DNA of 64,000 nt from assembly GCA_963841545.1 (NCBI GenBank), contig CAWJDE010000004.1:65474-129473 (forward strand), read 5' to 3'. Source of the stretch: an uncultured Chloroflexia bacterium. Its GTDB lineage: Bacteria > Chloroflexota > Limnocylindria > Limnocylindrales > CSP1-4. Below the pieces are notes generated by a model. It worked only from the letters and a program-made list of their open reading frames with translations, was not told where the DNA came from and did no database searches. The position numbers and the translations under genes were made by a program. Below, piece after piece: positions 34,630 to 43,601 of this stretch. Every line of letters begins with the position of its first letter. The stretch's first letter is position 1.

Positions 34630-35439
34630 TCATCGAACGTGGTCCGTCGGCTGGCTGCCGAACGATCGGGCGTCGGCCACCGCCTGCTCGATGTCGATCG
34701 CGTGCGCGCTGGCGTCCGATTCGGCCTGCAGCCGGGTGCCGCCCTCCGGGACCGCCATGCCGACCAGCGGTCCGACCAGGCCGCCGACGATGATCCCGAT
34801 CGATGGTCCGATCAGGACCGACGCGCCAACTCCGATCGCTGCCCCCGCCCCGGCAGCCGCGAGCTCACGGCGGCCGGTGACGAGCCCGGTGGCCAGCCCG
34901 GCCATCGCTGCGGGAAACACGACGTCGAGCCCGAACACCGTCGGGTCCGGGATCGCGCCGCCCAGCAGCACGCCGGCCATGGTGGCCAGGTTCCAGGGGA
35001 TGAACACCCCGACCACGGCGCCGATCCAGTACCCGGTCGCGTCCACCCGCCCGAGCCGGTGGAAATGGGCGGCGGAGAGCGCAAAGGCCTCGTCGGTCAG
35101 CACGTGCGCCATCAGCGCACGCTCGAGGAGCGGCAGCGTGCGCAGCCGCGGCGCGAGCGACGCGCTGTACAGCAGGTGCCGCGCGTTGAGGGCAAAGGTG
35201 AGGATCACGATCGGCAGCCAGGGCAGGCCGGCCGCCACGTACCCCACGGCGGCGAACTGGGCGGCACCGGCGAACGCGAACACGCTCATCGCGCTGGCCT
35301 CGATCGGGGAGTAGCCGGCGCCGCGGGCCGCAAGACCGAACACCAGCCCGAACCCGATCACCGAGACCGCGATGCCCACGGTGTCGAGCAGGAGCCGGCG
35401 ACGGGCGGTCCGAAGGTCGGGGATCGAGGGCGTGGTCAT
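34630..35439 (-). CDS. azlC: AzlC family branched-chain amino acid permease
   Basis: The translation includes 'SAMSVFAFAGAAQFAAVG…' and the protein is multi-TM. Confidence 0.7.
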   Translation of the reverse strand: MTTPSIPDLRTARRRLLLDTVGIAVSVIGFGLVFGLAARGAGYSPIEASAMSVFAFAGAAQFAAVGYVAAGLPWLPIVILTFALNARHLLYSASLAPRLRTLPLLERALMAHVLTDEAFALSAAHFHRLGRVDATGYWIGAVVGVFIPWNLATMAGVLLGGAIPDPTVFGLDVVFPAAMAGLATGLVTGRRELAAAGAGAAIGVGASVLIGPSIGIIVGGLVGPLVGMAVPEGGTRLQAESDASAHAIDIEQAVADARSFGSQPTDHVR

Positions 35440-35487
35440 GGGCGGCGTGGGAACGGCGGCGTGGCGGTCACGCCGAGACGCCGCGAC

Positions 35488-35778
35488 CTAGCGAAGGAAG
35501 GTCTTCGCGCAGGTCCCGTCGCAGACGACGAACAGGGCGTGCTTCTCGGCCGCGTACCCGGCCGCGTGCAGCAGGCCCCGGCAGCCGGCCGTCGGGCATT
35601 TCCAGACCCACCATCGCTCGTGCTCGTCGAGCGGTGTCGTCTCCGCCTGGAGCGTGTCGGACAGCCCCTCCCGCGCGGCGACCAGCGCCGCGACCCGCCC
35701 GGATCGCTCGCTCTCGGTCTCGCTCGTATACGGGTAGTTCTGGCCGACGTTCGAGGTCAACTCGCGCCTCCATGTCAC
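35488..35778 (-). CDS. Small Cys-containing hypothetical protein with a GTG start
   Basis: The C-terminus reads 'WKCPTAGCRGLLHAAGYAAEKHALFVVCDGTCAKTFLR'. Composition is protein-like, unlike the overlapping Arg-rich frame. Confidence 0.3.
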   Translation of the reverse strand: MTWRRELTSNVGQNYPYTSETESERSGRVAALVAAREGLSDTLQAETTPLDEHERWWVWKCPTAGCRGLLHAAGYAAEKHALFVVCDGTCAKTFLR

Positions 35779-35901
35779 ACGAGGCCGGCGGCAGATCGGT
35801 GTGAGCGCAGCCTGCCACCGGCCGGCCGAGGATACCATCGGGCGCCCGACGACCGCCCCGGGGCCATCGACCCGCCGAACGGCCCGTCGGCCGCCGCCGC
35901 C

Positions 35902-37536
35902 TCAGCGGACGGCCGGCTCCCCGGACGAGCGCGGATCGGTCGTCGCGGCCAGCGACCCCCCGGCGGCAGGCCCCCCGTCCACGAGCTCGATCGCATGCTG
36001 ATGGCCCAGCGAGCCGTCGAAGGGCACCCGTCGGAGGTGGTGTCCGCGGGCGGCCAGGCCGGCCTCGACGCCGGGTGCGAGGTCGCCGTCCGCGACCACG
36101 TCCACGGGCGGCGCCAGCCAGCCGGCGGGCTCGACCAGCACCCGAGGCGCCGCAATGGCGGTCCCGATGTCGACGCCGCCGTCGACGAGCGCGGACACCA
36201 GTCCTGCATGGACCTGCGGCTGGACGTCGCCGCCCATCGACCCGGCCACGATCCACGGCCGTCGCTCACCGTCCCGAAACAGCATGCCGGGGAGCAGCGT
36301 GTGCACCGTCCGCTTGCCCGGCTCGAGCACGTTCGGATGCGCGGGATCGAGCGAGAACGATGCCCCGCGGTTCTGGAAGTGGACGCCGGTCGCCGCGTCG
36401 AGCACGCCCGACCCGAACCCTGCCGCGTTGGACTGGATCAGGCTGACCGCGTTGCCCGCGGCGTCGACGACCGCGAGGTACACGGTGCCGCCGACCAGGG
36501 TGCGAACGGGCGCCGGCGAGGGATCCGCACGGCCGGCGTCGATGCGTGCGGCGAGCGATGTGGCATGGGCGGCCGACAGCAGGCGCTCGACCGGGATGTC
36601 CCGGACGGCGGGGTCCGCAAGGTGGGCGTCGCGGTCCGCGAACACGAGCTTTGCGGCCTCGAGCTGGAGGTGGGGCCAGGCGGCGTCGGACCAGCCGCGG
36701 TCGCCGAACGCGGCGCCCGGCGGCGGCGCGTACCGCGTGAGCACGTTGAGGATCTCGAGCGCCAGGATGCCGCTGCTGTTGGGTGGGTGGGTGGTCACGC
36801 GGATCCCGCGATACGTGGTGGCGATCGGCGTACCCCACGAGCTGCGGTGGTCCCGCAGGTCGCCGACCCCGAACGGTGCCCCGGCAGCCGCCAGCGCGTG
36901 CGCGATCCGCTCGCCCAGCGGACCGTCGTAGAAGGCGTCGAAGCCCTCGTCGGCGAGCGCGCCCAGGGTGGTCGCGAGCGCCGGCAGCCGGACCCTGTCG
37001 CCCGGTCCGACGCGCCGGCCCGCCGGCTGCCAGACCGAGCGCAGCCCCTCGGCCCAGGGCTCGGCCGCCGTCTCGCCGATGATCCCCCCGGCCGCCCGGG
37101 CGAGGTCGCCCGAGGCCGGAAACCCCGACGTCGCGAGCTCGATCGCCGGTGCCAGCACCGCTGCCCGCGGCAGGCGTCCCCATCGGCGATGCGCGTCGGC
37201 CCAGGAGCGGACCGCACCGGGCGTCGTGATCGCCAGCGGTCCGCGCCGCGGGATCCGGTCGAGCCCGAGGCCCCGAAGGTGCGCAGCCGATGCCGCGGCC
37301 GGGGCGCCACCCGACCCGTTGAGCGCGACCTGCTCGCCGGCCGGCTCGTCCCAGACCAGCCAGAAGGCATCGCCACCGATCCCGCAGCCGTGCGGCATCA
37401 CGACCCCCAGGACGGCGTTGGTCGCGATGGCAGCGTCCACCGCGTGGCCGCCGGCCGCGAGCACGGCCAGCCCGGCGGTGGTCGCGAGGTGATGCGGCGC
37501 GACGACGGCGCCGCGGGCACCCCGGGCGACGGTCAT
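35902..37536 (-). CDS. ggt: Gamma-glutamyltranspeptidase
   Basis: The autoprocessing threonine sits in 'GGTVYLAVVD'. Other GGT segments include 'GSMGGDVQPQ' and 'TTHPPNSSGIL'. Confidence 0.85.
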   Translation of the reverse strand: MTVARGARGAVVAPHHLATTAGLAVLAAGGHAVDAAIATNAVLGVVMPHGCGIGGDAFWLVWDEPAGEQVALNGSGGAPAAASAAHLRGLGLDRIPRRGPLAITTPGAVRSWADAHRRWGRLPRAAVLAPAIELATSGFPASGDLARAAGGIIGETAAEPWAEGLRSVWQPAGRRVGPGDRVRLPALATTLGALADEGFDAFYDGPLGERIAHALAAAGAPFGVGDLRDHRSSWGTPIATTYRGIRVTTHPPNSSGILALEILNVLTRYAPPPGAAFGDRGWSDAAWPHLQLEAAKLVFADRDAHLADPAVRDIPVERLLSAAHATSLAARIDAGRADPSPAPVRTLVGGTVYLAVVDAAGNAVSLIQSNAAGFGSGVLDAATGVHFQNRGASFSLDPAHPNVLEPGKRTVHTLLPGMLFRDGERRPWIVAGSMGGDVQPQVHAGLVSALVDGGVDIGTAIAAPRVLVEPAGWLAPPVDVVADGDLAPGVEAGLAARGHHLRRVPFDGSLGHQHAIELVDGGPAAGGSLAATTDPRSSGEPAVR

Positions 37537-37539
37537 GGG

Positions 37540-38874
37540 TCAGACCCGCTCGCCGAGGACCGCCGGCGAGCTGGGACCGCCCACGTAGTGCTCGTACCGG
37601 CGCAGCCGAGACAGTGGCACGACGGCGATCGCCAGCAGGAGGAGCGAGGCGACGAAGATGCCGTCGAGGCCGCGCACCTGGGCCGCGGCCCCGCCCAGCA
37701 GGTTGCCCAGGATCTGGCCGAGCCCCAGGAACACCGAGTACAGGCCCATGATCGCGCCACGATCCTCGGGGTAGGCCTCGGTGATGTCCGCCAGCAGCCC
37801 GATCGCGGCCGGCGTCGCGCCCGCGAGCAGGAACAGCCCGGCCGCGCCGATGACCGCCAGGCCGATCGGGAGGATCAGGGGCATCGATCCGGTGTGGTTG
37901 ATCGCGATCCCGGCCGCGATGACCCCGGCTCCACCACCGATGCCGTACAGGATGATCGTCGTCCGGCGCAGCGCCTTGAACCGGCCTCCCCAGTACAGCA
38001 GCCCGGCGAAGAACAGGAGGCCACCCACCGCCAGCCCGAGGCTCACCTGGGCCGGGTCGAAGCCGCCCATCAGGATCTGGCCCTCGAACCGGGGGTTCGG
38101 CTCGCGGACCAGCTGGAAGATGGTCTGGGTGGTGTACAGGCCCAGGACCGCATTGATCGCGATCCAGGTCGGCGCCAGCAGCCACACGTGGCTGCCGCGG
38201 AGGATCCCCACATAGCGTGCCAGGGGAAGCCGGCCCGCCGTCGCGCGCGAGCTGTCGGCGTGCGGATCCACCCCGTAGCGGTAGATCGCCAGCGAGACGG
38301 CGTAGAGCGCCGCGTTGGCGAGGAAGGCGACCGGTCCCAGCCAGTTCCACAGGACGCCGCCGACCACGAACCCGACCAGCAGGCCGGACAGGGTCGCGGC
38401 TTCGAACCGGGCCACCGAGCGCCCGCGAAGCAGCTCGTCACCCGCCGTCGCGGCGGCGATGAACCCGAGGATCGAGGGCACGCTCGAGGCGGTCGCCCCA
38501 CCCTCGAGCAGGCGGGTGCCGCCCAGGACCACCAGGTGGCTCGTCGCCCAGGTCATGATCGCCGCCGTGATCCCGAACAGCGGGCCGAGCTGCATGAGCC
38601 GGTGGTGCCCGAAGCGGTCGGACAGGATCCCGAACACGGGCGAGAACACCAGCTCCGAGGCGTAGAAGGCGGCGGCGACGAGCGCCAGCTCGAACGACCC
38701 GACCGGCGCTCCGCCGTGCGCGGGCAGGTCGGCGAGGTAGTAGGTGAGCATGACCCCGGTCAGGCCCGTGCTGAAGCGGAGCGTGAACGTGCCGATGAGG
38801 ACAGCGATCAGGGACCGGCTCACCGGCGAAGCGTAGCGGGTCGGCCACGCCCGCCGTCGGCCGCCTCGTATCAT
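37540..38874 (-). CDS. MFS transporter located 4 bp upstream of ggt
   Basis: The start reads 'MIRGG…LIAVLIGTFTLRF'. There are 12 predicted TM helices and an MFS motif 'LSDRFGHHRLM'. Confidence 0.7.
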   Translation of the reverse strand: MIRGGRRRAWPTRYASPVSRSLIAVLIGTFTLRFSTGLTGVMLTYYLADLPAHGGAPVGSFELALVAAAFYASELVFSPVFGILSDRFGHHRLMQLGPLFGITAAIMTWATSHLVVLGGTRLLEGGATASSVPSILGFIAAATAGDELLRGRSVARFEAATLSGLLVGFVVGGVLWNWLGPVAFLANAALYAVSLAIYRYGVDPHADSSRATAGRLPLARYVGILRGSHVWLLAPTWIAINAVLGLYTTQTIFQLVREPNPRFEGQILMGGFDPAQVSLGLAVGGLLFFAGLLYWGGRFKALRRTTIILYGIGGGAGVIAAGIAINHTGSMPLILPIGLAVIGAAGLFLLAGATPAAIGLLADITEAYPEDRGAIMGLYSVFLGLGQILGNLLGGAAAQVRGLDGIFVASLLLLAIAVVPLSRLRRYEHYVGGPSSPAVLGERV

Positions 38875-38943
38875 CGGGAGCGACGGGGCGTTCCCGTCGC
38901 GCTGGCCGCGGCCCGGTGGTCGCCGGGAGGAGGAACCAGGACC

Positions 38944-39789
38944 GTGTCCCACGTCGCGATCGTCACCGATTCCGTCAGCGACCTGCCGCCCGAGCTGGCC
39001 GCCCGCCAGGACATCGCGGTCGTGCCGCTGATCGTCAGCTTCGGGTCCGAGTCGTTCCGCGTGAACGTCGACCTCACGACGGACCAGTTCTGGGAGCGGA
39101 TGACCGCTCCCGAGGCCCCGTTTCCCACCACGGCCGCCGCGGCGCCGGGCGACTTTCTCGAGGCGTTCAAGGCCGCCTTCGCCGCGGGAGCCGAGGCCGT
39201 CGTGTGCGTCAACGTGTCGGGCGAGCTGTCGGGCACGCTCAAGTCGGCCCAGGTGGCCCGGGACATGCTCGCCGAGCGGGAGATCCACGTCGTCGACACC
39301 CGTTCGGCGTCGATGGGCGAGGGCATGCTCGCCCAGATCGCGGCCGAGCTCGCCACCGAGGGCGTGTCGGCCGCCGAGATCGCGCGGGTGATCGAGCACC
39401 GCCGGTCCGACGTCGACCTGTTCGTCGCGCTCGACACGCTCGAGTACCTCAAGCGTGGCGGCCGGATCAGCGGGACGAGGGCCGCGGTCGGGACGATGCT
39501 CTCGATCAAGCCCATCATCACGGTGCAGGACGGCATCGTGGAGAACGCGGATCGCGTGCGCACGCGGATCCGGGCGCGCGAGCGGACGCTCGAGCTGCTG
39601 ACCGCCTCGCCCATCGAGCGCGCCACCGTGCTGCACACGACCGGCGCCGACGTCGAGGCCTTCCGAAGCCAGTTCATCGAGCGTACGGGGCTCGACCCGG
39701 CGAAGGTGCCGGCGCTGACGATCGGGGCATCGGTGGGTCCGCACCTGGGCCCGGGGTGCGTGGGCGCGGTCGTGATCCGACGCCACTGA
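38944..39789 (+). CDS. DegV family fatty-acid-binding protein
   Basis: The sequence 'VSHVAIVTDSVSDLP…IAVVPL' begins a DegV/EDD fold. The GTG has a 'ggaggagg' RBS. Confidence 0.8.
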   Translation: MSHVAIVTDSVSDLPPELAARQDIAVVPLIVSFGSESFRVNVDLTTDQFWERMTAPEAPFPTTAAAAPGDFLEAFKAAFAAGAEAVVCVNVSGELSGTLKSAQVARDMLAEREIHVVDTRSASMGEGMLAQIAAELATEGVSAAEIARVIEHRRSDVDLFVALDTLEYLKRGGRISGTRAAVGTMLSIKPIITVQDGIVENADRVRTRIRARERTLELLTASPIERATVLHTTGADVEAFRSQFIERTGLDPAKVPALTIGASVGPHLGPGCVGAVVIRRH

Positions 39790-40077
39790 CGGCAAGGTCC
39801 CGGCACGCTCTGGCGTCGCCGCCGCCGCCGTCCCCGCGTCGCTGTCCCCCGCGTCGCTGTCCCCGCCACGCGTTCGAGGCATGCCGCGCGGGCCCGGTGG
39901 CCACGGAGCGGGCGTCCGGCACCCTGCCATCGGACAGGTGCGCGCAGGTGACAGATTGGTTGCGGCAGAGTGACGACCGGCCCATGGTCGACGGCCGTCC
40001 GTGGCTATACTCGCCTTCAGAGGCGGTGCGCCACGCCCTCGGTCATGCCACGCCCGAGCCCGCGACGCGCGCCCCCG

Positions 40078-40098
40078 TAGGGTCGTCCGGAAGACGAC
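40078..40098 (+). promoter_or_regulatory. Perfect hairpin GGGTCGTC-cggaa-GACGACCC in the gdh 5' leader. A TATACT box also lies at about 40004–40009
   Basis: The inverted repeat sits 50 bp upstream of the gdh ATG, within a 360-bp intergenic region. Confidence 0.3.
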
Positions 40099-40150
40099 CC
40101 ATCGAATCGAGGACGGCGTCCACCGTCCCGCCACGAGGACCCTCCGTTCC

Positions 40151-41416
40151 ATGACGACGGAAAACGTTGCGGCGCCGATCAGCGCCTGGAACGTCGCGCA
40201 GCAACAGTTCGACCTTGCTGCCGACATGCTGAACCTTGATCCCGGCCTCCGCCGGGTGCTTCGCGAGCCGCGCCGTGAGCTCACCGTGCATTTCCCCGTC
40301 CAGATGGACGACGGGAGCGTCAAGGTCTTCACCGGCTACCGCGTGCAGCACAACCTCGGCCGCGGCCCCGCCAAGGGCGGCATCCGCTACCACCAGGACG
40401 TGTCCCTCGACGAGGTCAAGGCCCTCGCCATGTGGATGACCTGGAAGTGCGCGGTCGTGGGCATCCCGTACGGCGGCGGCAAGGGTGGCGTCATCGTCGA
40501 CCCCAAGCAGCTGTCGATGAAGGAGCTCGAGCACCTCAGCCGCCGGTTCTTCACCGAGATCGAGGTCCTCGTCGGCCCCGAGCGCGACATCCCGGCCCCG
40601 GACGTCAACACGACCCCCCAGATCATGGCCTGGTTCATGGACACCTATTCCATGCACGTGGGCTACACGGTCCCGGGCGTGGTCACCGGCAAGCCGATCA
40701 GCCTGGGCGGCTCGGAAGGCCGCAACGAGGCCACCGCGCGCGGCTGCGTGTACACGATCGCCGAGGCGGCAAAGCATCTCGGCATCGACCTCAAGAGCAC
40801 CCGGACCGCGGTCCAGGGCTTCGGCAATGCCGGCGCCATCGCGGCCCAGCTCATGGTCGAGGAAGGCTCGACGATCGTCGCGGTCTCCGATTCCCAGGGC
40901 GGCATCCGCAACATGGCCGGCCTCGACATCGCCCGCGTGATCGCCTGGAAGGGCGAGCACGGGACGGTCAAGGGCTTCCCGGGCGCCGAGGGCATCACCA
41001 ACGCCGAGGTCCTCGAGACCGAGTGCGACGTCCTCATCCCGGCGGCGCTCGAGAACCAGATCACGGTTGCCAACGCGGCCAAGATCAAGGCCAGGATCGT
41101 CGCCGAGGCCGCCAACGGCCCGACGACCCCCGAAGCCGACGCGATCCTCTACAGCCGCGGCGTGTTCCTCATCCCGGACATCCTCGCCAATGCCGGCGGC
41201 GTGACCGTCAGCTACTTCGAGTGGGTCCAGGACCTCAATCGCGACCACTGGACCGAGACCGAGGTCAACGCCAAGCTCAAGACCATCATGGTCAAGGCGT
41301 TCGGCGAGGTCCTCGGCCAGGCCCTCAAGGAAGGCGTCAACATGCGCACCGGCGCGTACCTCAACGCCGTCCAGCGCGTGGCCGACGCGACCGCGCTGCG
41401 GGGCCTGTACCCGTAA
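40151..41416 (+). CDS. gdhA: Glutamate dehydrogenase (Glu/Leu/Phe/Val dehydrogenase family)
   Basis: Motifs present are 'GPAKGGIRYH' and 'GIPYGGGKGG', plus the NAD(P)-binding 'VQGFGNAGA'. Confidence 0.9.
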   Translation: MTTENVAAPISAWNVAQQQFDLAADMLNLDPGLRRVLREPRRELTVHFPVQMDDGSVKVFTGYRVQHNLGRGPAKGGIRYHQDVSLDEVKALAMWMTWKCAVVGIPYGGGKGGVIVDPKQLSMKELEHLSRRFFTEIEVLVGPERDIPAPDVNTTPQIMAWFMDTYSMHVGYTVPGVVTGKPISLGGSEGRNEATARGCVYTIAEAAKHLGIDLKSTRTAVQGFGNAGAIAAQLMVEEGSTIVAVSDSQGGIRNMAGLDIARVIAWKGEHGTVKGFPGAEGITNAEVLETECDVLIPAALENQITVANAAKIKARIVAEAANGPTTPEADAILYSRGVFLIPDILANAGGVTVSYFEWVQDLNRDHWTETEVNAKLKTIMVKAFGEVLGQALKEGVNMRTGAYLNAVQRVADATALRGLYP

Positions 41417-41471
41417 GTCGCCTCCTCTGCGGCTCCCCGGCCCGCCGGTGAGCCGCCGCGAAAGCACGAAA

Positions 41472-41504
41472 CGACCCGCCGGGAGGAGGCGGGTCGCTTC
41501 GTGT
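41472..41504 (+). terminator. Candidate intrinsic terminator after gdhA: stem CGACCCGCC / GGCGGGTCG around the loop GGGAGGAG, followed by a T-containing tract
   Basis: The inverted repeat lies at 41472–41496 and is followed by 'cttcgtgt'. Confidence 0.35.
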
Positions 41505-41639
41505 CCGGCGACGGACGCGAGGACCCGCGGACGATCGTCCCGCGAAGCGGATCGGCCCCCGCCGGGTCCCCCGCGGATCCGATGCGTGCCGCTCGTCTCG
41601 CAGGTTCGGCGGCGCCAGACCGCCTGCTACCATCCGGCC

Positions 41640-42245
41640 ATGCTCGACCACGAGGAGAAGTTCCTGTTCAAGGAGGAGATCCTCCACCTCTCCGGCGCCC
41701 TCAACGACCCGGGCAGCCTGGACAACGTCGAGGACCTCCTCACCGACGTGATCACCAGCCCCCGCTTCGACTCCGAGGTGTTCACGCTGGAGCGAAGCCT
41801 CCAGGTCATGCTCGGCGCGCGGGCCGGCACCACGCTGGTCGGCCTGCTGACCGTGGCGCCCGAGGTGTTCGAGGAGGTGGCCGAGGTCCGGATCCCGCCC
41901 GAGGTCCACGAGCGGCTGGTCGCCTGGCGCGCCCGCTTCGGGCTGGCCATCGACAACGCGCTCAACTTCCTCAACAACCCCGACGGCATCCAGGGCCACA
42001 ACTTCAGCACCCAGGTCGCGCACGTCGAGGAGCGGCGGGTCCTCCAGGGCCGGCTGACGATGGTCCGCTACAACAACGAGCCACAGTTCTTCGTGGCCGA
42101 CGCGGGCGTGTTCCTGGGCCTGGTGACCGACATCATGGAGCGGCTGGGTCCATACCTCGAGCCCGACGCCGTCGATGAGGAGGCGATCACCCGCCTTCGC
42201 GAAGCGGTCCAGCTGATCGAGCGCAAGACGGCCACCCGCGACTGA
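41640..42245 (+). CDS. Hypothetical protein (201 aa)
   Basis: It is a well-formed ORF with varied composition ('MLDHEEKFLFKEEILHLSGALNDPGSL…'); no motif recognised. Confidence 0.45.
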   Translation: MLDHEEKFLFKEEILHLSGALNDPGSLDNVEDLLTDVITSPRFDSEVFTLERSLQVMLGARAGTTLVGLLTVAPEVFEEVAEVRIPPEVHERLVAWRARFGLAIDNALNFLNNPDGIQGHNFSTQVAHVEERRVLQGRLTMVRYNNEPQFFVADAGVFLGLVTDIMERLGPYLEPDAVDEEAITRLREAVQLIERKTATRD

Positions 42246-42418
42246 GATGGACCGCCGGGCCCTGGCGCGCCGGAACCCCTGGCAGCTCCGGATCATGAAC
42301 GCGGTCAACGCCCTGCCCGCCCTGCTCGACGTGGTGAAGGCCGGCAGCCCGGTCGCCCCCGGTGCCGGCGGTCGCGCACCAGCGGGCCCGCTCGTCCGGA
42401 ACCCGTAGCGGCGCGCCG

Positions 42419-43579
42419 ATGCGCCAGCTGTACCTCGCGGCGACCGGCCAGAACCGCGGCAAGACGACGGCCTCGCTGGGCCTGCTCGACGGCTTCGTGC
42501 GCAAGGGGTACCGGACCGGGTTCACCAAGCCCGTCGGCCAGCGGACCGTGATCGAGGACGGCCACCCCGCGGACGAGGACGCCGTGCTGATGCGGACGAC
42601 CTTCGACCTCCCGGACCCGTATCCCGTGATGAGCCCGGTCCACATCCCGCGCGGCTTCACCAAGCGCTACATCGCCGGTGACGTGGTCGAGGACCTGGGT
42701 GCCCGCATCGTCGGGGCGCAGCGCCATTTCGCCGAGCGCGACGTGCTGCTGATCGAGGGCACCGGGCATGCCGGCGTCGGGGCGGTGATCGGGCTGTCGA
42801 ACGCGGTCGTGGCCGCGATGCTGGGGGCGCCCGCGGTGATCGTGTCGGAAGGCGGGGTGGGCCGGCCGATCGACGAGATCGTGCTCAACGCCTCGCACTT
42901 CGCCGCGCACGGCGTGCCGGTCGCGGGCGCGATCGTGAACAAGGTCCGGATCGACGAGCAGCCCGGGATCGCCCGGACGCTCGAGCGGGGCCTCGCCCGG
43001 CACGGGATCCCCCTGCTGGGCGTGCTCCCGTACCGCCCGATCCTGTCCAACCCCACGCTCGAGATGGTGCTCGAGGGGGTCCACGGCCAGGTCATCCACC
43101 CGGGGCCGGACCTCGACCGCGTGATCGCGAACGTGGCCATCGGGGCGATGGAGCCGCACCACATGCTCGCCCGGGTCGGGCCCGGGACGCTGGTGATCGT
43201 TCCCGGCGACCGCGAGGACGTGATCCTGACGATCACGACCGCGCACCTGTCCGGGCGGCCGCGGGCGGCCACGATCGACGCCCTGGTGGGGGAGACGCCC
43301 GGCGTCGTCGAGGCCGGGCCCGAAGGCGCCGCCGTGGGCCTCGTGCTGACCGGCGGCTACGTGCCACGCCCGGAGGTGGTCGAGGCGATCCGCCACGCCG
43401 GGATGTTCGCGGCGCTCGTCGACGACGACACCTACACGGTGGCCTCCGAGGTCCACGACCTGCTGGTCAAGACCCACGCCGCGGACACGGAGAAGATCGC
43501 CCTCATCAAGGCCCTGGTCTGGGAGTTCCTGGAGATCGACCGCTTCCTCGCGGCGGCAACCGAGGCCCGCCTCGCCTGA
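42419..43579 (+). CDS. Phosphotransacetylase N-terminal-domain-like protein (BioD-like P-loop plus DRTGG domain) with no PTA_PTB catalytic domain
   Basis: The P-loop 'MRQLYLAATGQNRGKTTASLGL' is of the BioD/Pta-N type. A 'GT(G)HAGVG' segment and a DRTGG-like region 'LVIVPGDREDV' follow. The ORF ends at 387 aa. Confidence 0.6.
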   Translation: MRQLYLAATGQNRGKTTASLGLLDGFVRKGYRTGFTKPVGQRTVIEDGHPADEDAVLMRTTFDLPDPYPVMSPVHIPRGFTKRYIAGDVVEDLGARIVGAQRHFAERDVLLIEGTGHAGVGAVIGLSNAVVAAMLGAPAVIVSEGGVGRPIDEIVLNASHFAAHGVPVAGAIVNKVRIDEQPGIARTLERGLARHGIPLLGVLPYRPILSNPTLEMVLEGVHGQVIHPGPDLDRVIANVAIGAMEPHHMLARVGPGTLVIVPGDREDVILTITTAHLSGRPRAATIDALVGETPGVVEAGPEGAAVGLVLTGGYVPRPEVVEAIRHAGMFAALVDDDTYTVASEVHDLLVKTHAADTEKIALIKALVWEFLEIDRFLAAATEARLA

Positions 43580-43601
43580 CTCGCGCCCCGGCGGGACGAC
43601 A

